Below are positions 24,999-37,285 of a DNA stretch of 43,090 nucleotides, one piece after another. The stretch comes from Octopus bimaculoides. Its lineage: Eukaryota. Within the stretch, counting starts at the first letter, position 1; each line of letters opens with the position of its first letter. Below the pieces are notes generated by a model, which saw only the letters and a list, made by a program, of their open reading frames with translations, was not told where the DNA came from and did no database searches. Both the position numbers and the translations under genes were made by a program. Location: the NCBI RefSeq assembly GCF_001194135.2, contig NC_068997.1, forward strand, positions 23,615,998 through 23,659,087, written 5' to 3'.

Positions 24999-25023
24999 AG
25001 TAATTGTTAGCTAGGGATTGAAT

Positions 25024-25176
25024 ATGACGACCATGTTGGATGTGTTATGTGTTGATGATTGTGATGATGTCTATGCTGGTGATGGAGCTGGTGGTGTAGA
25101 CTTACAAGTAATGCTGGTGGTGGCTTTAGTGGCTGCGCTGGCGGTGTTAGCGTGGCTGGTTGGAGGTCTCACTTAA
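25024..25176 (+). CDS. Candidate 50-aa small ORF with one predicted transmembrane helix
   Basis: MTTMLDVLCVDDCDDVYAGDGAGGVDLQVMLVVALVAALAVLAWLVGGLT*, with A at -3. It is below the ORF-track length cut-off. The underlying DNA is G/T-rich and of low complexity. Confidence 0.15.
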   Translation: MTTMLDVLCVDDCDDVYAGDGAGGVDLQVMLVVALVAALAVLAWLVGGLT

Positions 25177-25328
25177 TTTGTTTATAGGTGGCAGCACTGT
25201 TTGTACGTGCTACAAAAGCGCACAGCAGACAGAGATTAGTAAGAAGCGAGAGCTGCTGTAATTTTAATGGATGCGTTAGTGCGGCGGTTTAGAAGCTGCT
25301 TAAAGAGAATGAGAGATGCATGGGGGGT

Positions 25329-25369
<41 letters not shown>

Positions 25370-25618
25370 GGTTTGGGAATACGGTGTAGATTAAACGAGA
25401 AGTAGAAAAAGAAGATGAAGACGAAAAAGAGGAAGAAGAAGAAGAGGAGGAGAAGTAGAAGGAAGATGTAGAAGTAGAAAAAGAATAGGGTGAGGAAGTA
25501 AAAGTGGAAGTAGGTGGGGAGAGAAGGAGAGGAGGAGGGGAGAGTGAGGAAGAGGGTCAAATGAGAAGAGGATGAGAGGAATTAGAAAGAGAAAGACGGA
25601 GGAAGAGGTGTATAGCAG

Positions 25619-25663
<45 letters not shown>

Positions 25664-25816
25664 AGGTCGTGATAGGTGGTAAGAGATATGGTGACAAATG
25701 CTCTTGACCATGCAAACACAGAAAGTCTGACCGATGCATACATGCATAAATATAGCGAAGCACATGCTAACATACGCACCGACTCACTCGCACGGACTGA
25801 CAAAAGGGCAGACGTG

Positions 25817-25900
<84 letters not shown>

Positions 25901-26479
25901 NNNNNNNNNNNNNNNNNNNNNNNNNNNNNNNNNNNNNNNNNNNNNNNNNNNNNNNNNNNNNNNNNNNNNNNNNNNNNNNNNNNNNNNNNNNNNNNNNNNN
26001 NNNNNNNNNNNNNNNNNNNNNNNNNNNNNNNNNNNNNNNNNNNNNNNNNNNNNNNNNNNNNNNNNNNNNNNNNNNNNNNNNNNNNNNNNNNNNNNNNNNN
26101 NNNNNNNNNNNNNNNNNNNNNNNNNNNNNNNNNNNNNNNNNNNNNNNNNNNNNNNNNNNNNNNNNNNNNNNNNNNNNNNNNNNNNNNNNNNNNNNNNNNN
26201 NNNNNNNNNNNNNNNNNNNNNNNNNNNNNNNNNNNNNNNNNNNNNNNNNNNNNNNNNNNNNNNNNNNNNNNNNNNNNNNNNNNNNNNNNNNNNNNNNNNN
26301 NNNNNNNNNNNNNNNNTATATAATACTTTTTAAAATGAGATATTATATTATATTATACTTTAAAATATATCTGTATATCCATCGTTGGATATATTAGTAC
26401 CTGGATGTGTAGATGTAAAATATTTAACCAGAATCATGTATATCGTCACGTTTATGGACAAATAAATACAACACCTATA

Positions 26480-26537
<58 letters not shown>

Positions 26538-27040
26538 CATGTACACACATGAACACACACAATACAATACAATTTATCACTGAGTTTCGTTTATTAGATT
26601 CACTAAGTAGACAGGAATGGGTTCAAGAAAGATATTTGTTAACTTTACGTCCTTAATTATTGGAAACGGTTATGTTGATTGATTCAGTGATTAAATTGAC
26701 TAATTGATATCTTATCCGTAACTTACTTTCTTTAACTTTTCCTCTCTTTAGACACTTTGCTCAATATTGATCTTTCAGAGTTGTCCGTTCTTTCCACTTG
26801 AGGTCATCACTCATGCTCAAGATTGATACATCAATATAGTGGTACTCGCGTTATAAATTGTTTTTGAAAATACTTTAACGTTATGGGAACATGCACGCAA
26901 GCACACGTGCACAGATGCAAGCTATACGCATTGGAGAAAACAAACATATAAACACAAAAATAAATGCAAAACAAAAACAAACACAAAGGTATATCAATGT
27001 ATATATGTGCTGTGCATGAGTGCGTGTATACATTTTATAA

Positions 27041-27330
27041 AGATGCGTGGCTTAGTCGTTGTGGTGTTCAGTACAAGATCGTCAGGTTGTGGGTTCGATA
27101 CCTCATAGTGCGTCGTCTCCTTGAGCAAGGACATTCTGCTCCAGTCTAATCAGATGACATGAATGAAGTTTGTATGTCAAAATGCAGGCGTTGTCACATT
27201 CTGTGCAACACCGAATTTCCTTTGATAACTACCTAAAAGGTACGCTTGAGTGCGGATTGGTCAGACACTTGCACGTTAATTTCAGGAGTTAATTGCTCGT
27301 CCGTTAATCGGATTAACTGGAACCCTCGTC
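27041..27330 (+). mobile_element. Degenerate SINE with family B head/core and a different 3' tail
   Basis: GCGTGGCTTAGTCGTT..., B-box GGGTTCGATACC (27091-27102), TTGAGCAAGGACA and GCTCCAGTCTAATCAG align to 39004-39141. The remainder (...CACTTGCACGTTAATTTC...AACTGGAACCCTCGTC) does not align to the 39000 copy. Confidence 0.65.
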
Positions 27331-27338
27331 ATATATAT

Positions 27339-28303
27339 NNNNNNNNNNNNNNNNNNNNNNNNNNNNNNNNNNNNNNNNNNNNNNNNNNNNNNNNNNNNNN
27401 NNNNNNNNNNNNNNNNNNNNNNNNNNNNNNNNNNNNNNNNNNNNNNNNNNNNNNNNNNNNNNNNNNNNNNNNNNNNNNNNNNNNNNNNNNNNNNNNNNNN
27501 NNNNNNNNNNNNNNNNNNNNNNNNNNNNNNNNNNNNNNNNNNNNNNNNNNNNNNNNNNNNNNNNNNNNNNNNNNNNNNNNNNNNNNNNNNNNNNNNNNNN
27601 NNNNNNNNNNNNNNNNNNNNNNNNNNNNNNNNNNNNNNNNNNNNNNNNNNNNNNNNNNNNNNNNNNNNNNNNNNNNNNNNNNNNNNNNNNNNNNNNNNNN
27701 NNNNNNNNNNNNNNNNNNNNNNNNNNNNNNNNNNNNNNNNNNNNNNNNNNNNNNNNNNNNNNNNNNNNNNNNNNNNNNNNNNNNNNNNNNNNNNNNNNNN
27801 NNNNNNNNNNNNNNNNNNNNNNNNNNNNNNNNNNNNNNNNNNNNNNNNNNNNNNNNNNNNNNNNNNNNNNNNNNNNNNNNNNNNNNNNNNNNNNNNNNNN
27901 NNNNNNNNNNNNNNNNNNNNNNNNNNNNNNNNNNNNNNNNNNNNNNNNNNNNNNNNNNNNNNNNNNNNNNNNNNNNNNNNNNNNNNNNNNNNNNNNNNNN
28001 NNNNNNNNNNNNNNNNNNNNNNNNNNNNNNNNNNNNNNNNNNNNNNNNNNNNNNNNNNNNNNNNNNNNNNNNNNNNNNNNNNNNNNNNNNNNNNNNNNNN
28101 NNNNNNNNNNNNNNNNNNNNNNNNNNNNNNNNNNNNNNNNNNNNNNNNNNNNNNNNNNNNNNNNNNNNNNNNNNNNNNNNNNNNNNNNNNNNNNNNNNNN
28201 NNNNNNNNNNNNNNNNNNNNNNNNNNNNNNNNNNNNNNNNNNNNNNNNNNNNNNNNNNNNNNNNNNNNNNNNNNNNNNNNNNNNNNNNNNNNNNNNNNNN
28301 NNN
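27339..28303. other. Largest of 18 assembly gaps (N runs, ~6.4 kb total)
   Basis: N runs are also at 534-1046, 2089-2448, 3389-4016, 4405-4776, 11005-11269, 12610-12749, 14398-15000, 18762-18884, 20072-20376, 22654-22899, 23959-24034, 25901-26315, 34078-34291, 35109-35472, 36355-36692, 41394-41889 and 42489-42498. Confidence 0.99.
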
Positions 28304-28304
28304 N

Positions 28305-28335
<31 letters not shown>

Positions 28336-28418
28336 ATACATATAAATACATATATATATATATATACACATATACATACACACATACGCGCACATATATA
28401 TGCACACAAACACACACA

Positions 28419-28458
<40 letters not shown>

Positions 28459-29030
28459 CCTAGATACACACATGCATATGTATTTAGGTTCATACAATCT
28501 CCCACACAGGTATATACATAAAACATATATATACATATATGTATATATATATATATACATATACAGATAAATAAACACCAACTTACATATACGTAATCAC
28601 ATGTATATATGTAGCTATTGTGTTTGCCAATTTATTTCTTTCGTGACATATTCGCGTCCTTTACCCTCATAAATTGTCTTTGACTGTATCTTTTATTTTT
28701 ACTGTACTAATCTCATTTTTTCCACTCATGCTCGTATACGAAATCTGATCATTTATAGCGCAGCAAATTGAACAGTAATATCGGAAGGTATCGAAATTGT
28801 AATGACATTTGATTCTCAGGTGAGAAGGGATGGTGCTTTACCATGTCTGCGCCGTATGTTTGTTTTTGTTTTGTAAATTTCTGTCATTTCCCTGTGTCCC
28901 ATTTCCTTAATAATAATAATATTAATAATAATAGTAACAATAATAAATCACACCAAACCATTGCACATACCCAAGGCACACAGAGCTGCGCTCGGTAGTG
29001 AAGTGAAAGCACGCTATAAAAATAAGACTA

Positions 29031-29034
<4 letters not shown>

Positions 29035-29085
<51 letters not shown>

Positions 29086-29111
29086 GTAATAATAATAATA
29101 ATAATAATAAT
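29035..29111. repeat. (AAT)n microsatellite
   Basis: Directly visible. Confidence 0.95.
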
Positions 29112-29299
29112 TTCAACTGAAGGCACAGTGTTTGGAATTTTTAGGCAGGGGCTTGTCGATCCCAATAGGCCTCAGTGGCCGACTGGAACTTATTCCATTG
29201 ATTTCAATAATAATAACTTTGAGAGGATAGGTGTACACGAATGTTTGTGGATATTGATAATATGAATGCATATTAAAAACTTTTGTGATTAGAAAATGG

Positions 29300-29338
<39 letters not shown>

Positions 29339-29357
29339 GTATATGTATGTATGTATG

Positions 29358-29415
<58 letters not shown>

Positions 29416-29618
29416 AGTATTTATATATATATATATATATATAATTGGAACAAAAACGCAATAGAGGGCATTAAGACGTTCGGACAGATAGACGACACAA
29501 AGGCGGATAAGAGAAGCAACAATTAGGACAGGTGAAAAAAGGGCTCATTCTTGGCTTTCTTTCATCAGGTAATTCGGACAGTTTCACTTGACATGGTTCG
29601 GGCAAATTCTGTGATATC

Positions 29619-29685
<67 letters not shown>

Positions 29686-30264
29686 CAGCCAGAAAGACAG
29701 AGAAGCAGGTAGATAGCTACGCAAAAACGGCTGACACAGCGATTCTCAAACTAGAAATAATTCATATCAAGTAAAAGTGAAAAGCTAAAATATCGCCAAT
29801 TTTGTAAGTCAAACTTCAGCTTTTACGTTTGCTTTCTTTAACAATGTTCAAAACAGCTGAAATGAGATATTTTAACTACATCTTAGCCGTTAACTCGTTT
29901 ACTTGGAATATTTCCTTTTCTATAAAGTGGAAACACACGGCGGATATCAAATGTCGATAGAGAGCAGTGAATGGCGGATGTTGGCAGAAGCTGTGTACTA
30001 AAGTGTTATCGTTCAAAGAACTGCCGTGGATTAATCAACTGTGAAATCACCTAACTTTTATGTGTGTGTGTTTGTATACGTGTGTATGCGAATGCGTATT
30101 TACAGGTGTACGAGTGTGTGTGTGTGTGTGTGTGGTGGGGTGGGGTAGGGGTACGTAGCAGGTGTGTACACATGTTGGTGCGCACAAATGCTTATGCACT
30201 ATCAGCTAATGTTGCGAATGACTGTTGTTGTTGTGGTGGTGGTTATTGCTATGCGCTGTGTTGG

Positions 30265-30266
<2 letters not shown>

Positions 30267-30330
<64 letters not shown>

Positions 30331-30371
30331 CAAAAGTACTATTAGCATATTTAATAATAATAACAACATCA

Positions 30372-30420
<49 letters not shown>

Positions 30421-30426
30421 TAATAA
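30267..30426. repeat. Compound (CTA)n and (AAT)n microsatellite
   Basis: Directly visible. Confidence 0.95.
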
Positions 30427-31100
30427 TTGTTTCAATTGGAGGACACTGTATTGATCTGATTGTCAACTTCTGGATTAAAAATCTGCCCAACATGTGTATA
30501 AAGATTTCGCATGGACCTTCCAATGAGACTATCAAGAATAGAAAGAAGTTTCCTGAATGCCTCGCTTTCCAGAGGATAGAAGGGACTCAGGACCGAATGA
30601 TTTACAGACCCAGCATCTACCTGCCTATGTAAAAATGTACAAGATCATTATCGTCCTCATCTACAGCTTCCTCAACATAAACAACAATGACAGACAAAAA
30701 GCAAGCTGCGTGACCAAATCCAAATGCAATCCAAATCCAATCTCTCTCTCTCTCGCCCTCTCTGTCTCTCTCTCTCTGTATATATCGCATTGAGTTATTA
30801 GTTAAAAAGCAGTTGCTTACTTCGACTGAAAGTTACCAATGAAGTGACGAAGATATAAAATGTCTAAGTATATATATATTATTCAATTTTTTAGTTCGTT
30901 ATATGTGGTTTGCGCCTGATGAATATGTTTGAGTATTCTCAACACATGAGACTATTAGCAGTGCTTTAATACATGTATTGTGACGTTTAAATAAATAATA
31001 TTAATCTCTCAGTTTTTTGATTTGTTGAATTTTCTATCACAGAACAGTACATTATATGTATGTATGTATGTATATATGTATGTATGCACGAACGAATGTA

Positions 31101-31131
<31 letters not shown>

Positions 31132-31891
31132 TTGCAAATACATATATTCATACATGTGTGTAAATAAACGTGTTTGAAAATAATAGTGTGCCTGTGTGTT
31201 TGCGTGTGTGCCATGAAAGGCAGCTATAGAGTTTCTGCAAAAGATTTCCTGTTCTCTTTAGTGATTAGGATAGAAATATATGTGGTCGTTAAGCAGGTAT
31301 CTCAATGATGAATTGAACATAACGTTAAACGTCTTTCCATAGGTGTTAAAGAAACAATAAGCTTCTAAACCACCGTATCTCAGAGGTGTGAGTAGTTGAG
31401 AATGATTCCTACCTATCACATCATTTCAACGCCATTACATGCCAAGACCGGTTCGTGTATTTCAAAAGAATTTCAATCACTACTCGGCCAAAGCTCTGAT
31501 ACCAACCAGGTTTTTTAAAAACTGTGAGTTTGGCCAATATGTTTTTCAGACTGTACGTCTGATCAGCTGTCACCTTTTCGATCTTTCTTTCTCTCGCTTT
31601 TTCAGTCATACGTTCTCTGTACCGTTATACGGACACCCCACACACATACCCATGTAAATGTATACATGTGTGTGTTTGTGTGTGTGTGTGTGTATGTGTG
31701 TATGTGTATGCGCGTGCGTATGCATATATATCTTCATGTATATACTTACATATTCTAATTAATTATATCCTAATTCTAAGTACTTCCTCTCTACACGTTG
31801 GTCTCCCCCATTTACCTAATTTTTAACATTCCTTCTGTATCTCTCCTTCCCGCTCTTTCTTTCTTTATCTCTCTTTTAATCACTTTCTTAA

Positions 31892-31944
<53 letters not shown>

Positions 31945-33326
31945 ATGTGTGTGTGTACTTGCATAGGTCCAGTTGGTCTCCTTGTCTGTCACCCTATTCA
32001 CGCACACCTACAAAAATATATTATCTATTTACACACACCCACACACACACACAAATATACACACACAAGCGATTTATGTATTTACTATTTATTTTACCTC
32101 TCTTTTTCTCGTGGAGACTGTTTTCTCAACATGATCGATTAAGCCGTGTTTTGTGTAAATGTTTCTCTTAACACTGAACGTGTTGCGATACGAGAAAACT
32201 GTCAGTCGTCTAGTTTAAATGGTCAGCAAATAAATAGCTCTCGTATGTCGATTCGTTGAACTATTTCGTCTTCATTTAAGTTAGAAATGAAGACTTATTG
32301 CTTGTATTAATTCTGATTCTTTTTAGACCCATTTTTGTGTGTGTGTGTTGTTTTGTACAGATTTACTCGTAAGTATAAAATAAACTCCCTCGAACCCCGT
32401 CCGAGGTTTTGAAGCTGGCGTATGGAGTAGTGCAAACTTTTCCTCGCACGGGAAAGATTGTTGAAGTGTTCATTCCACTAAATTAATCCAAGCTCCAAAT
32501 GATAGCATTGGTGTCAAATATAGCGACCTATTAAATCATCTAATCGCTATATGACTGTTTGATCAACAAAATCTATGATTATGTTATGCTACCATTAAAA
32601 TTATTCGCAGATTTGACCAATCCTTTTTATTGCATTGAGACATGAAATTTTACATGGTAACATTATATAATGTTGCATTATCTAATGTATTCTTGAAGTT
32701 GTGCGGTTGATTTTGAAGAAAAGTCAGTTTCTAAGTCAACAAGTTGAAGTGAGTCATAAAGATTTCATTGTTACTCCTAGGATCATGTGTATGCTCATAA
32801 ATTGAAAAGAAATTTTATTTCTTTTTCTTGTAATTCAAACAACCACCTATCGATATATTCTTTGATTTGAATTGAAGATTGTTTAACAGTTAGTTAGCTC
32901 TATACGTTATGAAACTAATGATAGTAATAGATATATGCATCCTAATTATTTTTGTCAATTTTAAAGGTTTTAGTCAGAAATGGAAGGCAACTCACGCACG
33001 CAGGTCCAGGTACGAATTACGAACCGTTTATATCTTCTACACTGTTGCATTGAACACACTCAGCGCTTAAATGAATGCATGAGTGCACGTATATCTGTGT
33101 ATATCTTTTTTTAGCTACTTATTCAGAAAAGCAAGGGACATACGTCCGACGTTCTGAGAACACTCTGAGACAAGTGAGATGAGAAAAGTGAGAAACTTTC
33201 CTCCAACATAGTTCAACGTTTGTAAATAAATTAAATAATTTTCCACCGATAAAAAGAGTAAGGAACATACCGTGGTGTAATAAGTTTCCAGTGCACAAAA
33301 TACTTACAAAAAATAGAGGGGGAGGG

Positions 33327-33341
33327 GAGAGAGAGAGAGAG

Positions 33342-33406
<65 letters not shown>
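33327..33406. repeat. (GA)n microsatellite
   Basis: Directly visible. Confidence 0.95.
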
Positions 33407-33410
<4 letters not shown>

Positions 33411-33412
<2 letters not shown>

Positions 33413-33551
33413 TTTAGGAAGGGTATCCAGCCGTAGAGACCATGCGAAACCAGATTGGAACCTGGTGCAGAACACCGGTTAAACAGTTCTGTCAAACCGT
33501 CCAACCCATCCCAGCATGGAAAACGAATGTGAAATGATGATGATGATTATA

Positions 33552-33592
<41 letters not shown>

Positions 33593-33625
33593 AATGATAA
33601 TGAATGATGATGATGATGATCATGA
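33411..33625 (+). mobile_element. Probable 3' fragment of another SINE/LINE family ending in a (TGA)n tail
   Basis: A GC-richer block (AGGAAGGGTATCCAGCCGTAG...GTCAAACCGTCCAACCCATCCCAGCATGGAAAACG) runs directly into a (GAT)n tail, which is typical retroposon 3' architecture. There is no second copy in the window, and the family resemblance is from recall only. Confidence 0.5.
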
Positions 33626-34397
33626 TTATCAATGAATGTATATTCAAATGCGAAATCGGCTTATGAATAATTCTAAAACATTTCTGTGAGAGTAAAATAA
33701 AAACTTCCTATTTGCTAAAGAATCACAAAAGTATTATTTTAAGTACAAGAGATTTATTTTCTAAAGCAAAATTTCCTGTTTACCCAGTACTGAAGATCAG
33801 AACAAATTGTTTTACATTATATATGCCATTAAGTATTATGTGTTTATGCTATTTTACATGTAATTATATATTATATGTTTTATATTATATAATATATATT
33901 ATGTAGTTATATACATTCAGAAGGAATATGCCTATGCGCGCACACAAATGCACATTCGCAAACAGGGTAACATACATATCAATATATAGATATTTATCTC
34001 TCTCTCTATATATATATATACATGTATGTGTGTATGTCTGATTGTAAGTTCAAGAATATGATATATATATATATATANNNNNNNNNNNNNNNNNNNNNNN
34101 NNNNNNNNNNNNNNNNNNNNNNNNNNNNNNNNNNNNNNNNNNNNNNNNNNNNNNNNNNNNNNNNNNNNNNNNNNNNNNNNNNNNNNNNNNNNNNNNNNNN
34201 NNNNNNNNNNNNNNNNNNNNNNNNNNNNNNNNNNNNNNNNNNNNNNNNNNNNNNNNNNNNNNNNNNNNNNNNNNNNNNNNNNNNNNNNNNNATATAAGGA
34301 GCGAGAAATTCTTTTACAGAAACAACATTCATTTTTGATTTGTAGATTACACATCAGACATAAGTATATATATACGTGTGAATGTGTGTATGTGTGC

Positions 34398-34449
<52 letters not shown>

Positions 34450-35472
34450 CGTATATAGACATGTATGTAAAAATATCACACACACAGAGAAACAGACACA
34501 CATGCGCACGCGCTCACACATATATGGTGACATACATCATGTTAAATATATTTCACTATATTATACAAGCATAAACAACCAGGCATTTTTAACTTTCTTA
34601 AATTACAGATGTACGTAGCATGAAATTCATGTCTAGTGAACGCACTGAACAAAACGTAATTGCAAAGAATGACATATTTTCATATTTTCATCCATGATAG
34701 TTCCGACTTGTTGACCTGTCTGCTAGGCGTTAAATGGCTAACAGCGATGCTTCGTGCTGACAATTTGTACCGTCTGGAACGTTTGTTGAAAGTATTATTG
34801 CGAAAGAAGACTATAATAGTCAAGAGATTTGTACGATAGGCAGAAAAATATAAAGAATATAGTTTTAGACACACACATAGAGCCGCACACTCATACAGCC
34901 ATGATTGCACACAACCGTACACATGGACATACACTCATCTACGCACACACACACACGCGCAGACACACGCATATATACATTCTTATAATTATACATACAT
35001 ATATTGACAGGCAGATTGATAGATATAGATGTTTATACACATATTTGTGTATATATGTAAAATATAAATATATATAAATAGATAGATAGACAGATATATA
35101 TATATATANNNNNNNNNNNNNNNNNNNNNNNNNNNNNNNNNNNNNNNNNNNNNNNNNNNNNNNNNNNNNNNNNNNNNNNNNNNNNNNNNNNNNNNNNNNN
35201 NNNNNNNNNNNNNNNNNNNNNNNNNNNNNNNNNNNNNNNNNNNNNNNNNNNNNNNNNNNNNNNNNNNNNNNNNNNNNNNNNNNNNNNNNNNNNNNNNNNN
35301 NNNNNNNNNNNNNNNNNNNNNNNNNNNNNNNNNNNNNNNNNNNNNNNNNNNNNNNNNNNNNNNNNNNNNNNNNNNNNNNNNNNNNNNNNNNNNNNNNNNN
35401 NNNNNNNNNNNNNNNNNNNNNNNNNNNNNNNNNNNNNNNNNNNNNNNNNNNNNNNNNNNNNNNNNNNNNNNN

Positions 35473-35525
<53 letters not shown>

Positions 35526-37228
35526 GACACGCTCACATGTTTTGAAATATGATTTGGCAGCAATTGTGCACCAAACTATTGGCCATTTAAGGTAAATGTT
35601 GTGATAGATTTAAATGATTAATTAACATTCTATTTCATAGTATATGAGCAATAATAGTGAGAAAAATCAGAGAATATGCTGGAGGATTATTTAGAAACCA
35701 AACCTTGTTTACAATCTCTATAGATCGTTCTATTTATCTTTATCGATTCTTCATTCCTCGGATGAACGAGTCAATTATTTTAGTGTTTCATGATCAGAAA
35801 CGATTAATCAATAGGTGGTCAGCCATATTGGCTTTTGTTTTAGAGTGGTGAATTATACTTCCTCTTTAAAACATAGCAACGGGTAGAGTTAATTTGATAG
35901 CCAGCTAACAACCATCAGAACTTCTTGGTGGTCGTTTAACTTGCTAGATGCACTTGTAAAATTTCTAGAAAATTACACCAACGGCATTCAAGAATGACAC
36001 GACAATGTACTTTAGATGTACTAAAGAAGATCCTTAAATAGAATGCATTGGTTTATAAATAAATTTTGCTAGCATATATGTATTAACCTGCTCAGGGTGT
36101 CGAGAGCAATACATAGGCCAAACCAAAAAAATGTTTACGTGAAAGGATGACTCTACATAGATCCCAGATCAAAATTGGGGAATATGAAGAAATAGCAATC
36201 AGCGAACACATTGACATTTGCGCCACTAACAAGCAACCCTAATTCAAAATGTTCTCCCCTCTATAAATACATGGACGATGTAACCTATAATCAGTGCATA
36301 CATACATACATACATACATACATACATACTTACATATATACTTACATATATATANNNNNNNNNNNNNNNNNNNNNNNNNNNNNNNNNNNNNNNNNNNNNN
36401 NNNNNNNNNNNNNNNNNNNNNNNNNNNNNNNNNNNNNNNNNNNNNNNNNNNNNNNNNNNNNNNNNNNNNNNNNNNNNNNNNNNNNNNNNNNNNNNNNNNN
36501 NNNNNNNNNNNNNNNNNNNNNNNNNNNNNNNNNNNNNNNNNNNNNNNNNNNNNNNNNNNNNNNNNNNNNNNNNNNNNNNNNNNNNNNNNNNNNNNNNNNN
36601 NNNNNNNNNNNNNNNNNNNNNNNNNNNNNNNNNNNNNNNNNNNNNNNNNNNNNNNNNNNNNNNNNNNNNNNNNNNNNNNNNNNNNNNNNNNNATAGAGAC
36701 AGCTGATGAAGGGATATTCCAAGTGGCTTTCCGTTTTCCTATATGTTCGTTCCGTTGTCTGTAGTTTATTGTTCTAACGTCCTGTACCCTGATATGCATG
36801 TATATACACATGTAGATGTAAGTATGTACATATATGTGTGTATACATGTATATATATTCTTTGTATTATATATATATATATTTCGTTGCTATTGTGCAAG
36901 TGTGTCGTGAGTCGAAAATATTTCTTTTTCAGGTATCGAAAAGATGGTTTCACCATTCCATAGCAAAACCGTTCTACTTGACTTGGACATCTTTTGACAT
37001 CTTGGCATCTGAAGCAGCTGGAAATACGGTAGTTTGACCAAAAGAACCGGCTATTGTATACAAAAATAAATATTGAAAAATAATCGCATTTGATCAGATT
37101 TGCACATACACTTTAACATAATAGCAACGATATATATATATATACACATGTATCGATACATATACACATATGCATATAATTAGCTACAAACAAACACACA
37201 CGCATATGTGTGCGTTTAGATATAAAAT

Positions 37229-37285
<57 letters not shown>

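Noticed and set aside
30134-30151. Potential G-quadruplex GGTGGGGTGGGGTAGGGG
   Set aside because: There are only three runs of 3 or more G, and it lies at the edge of a GT microsatellite.
30460-30720. Unique-looking open frames after the (AAT)n repeat (ORFs 30225-30632 and 30557-30793)
   Set aside because: There is no recognisable homology and no convincing splice sites. The ORF length is inflated by upstream repeats.
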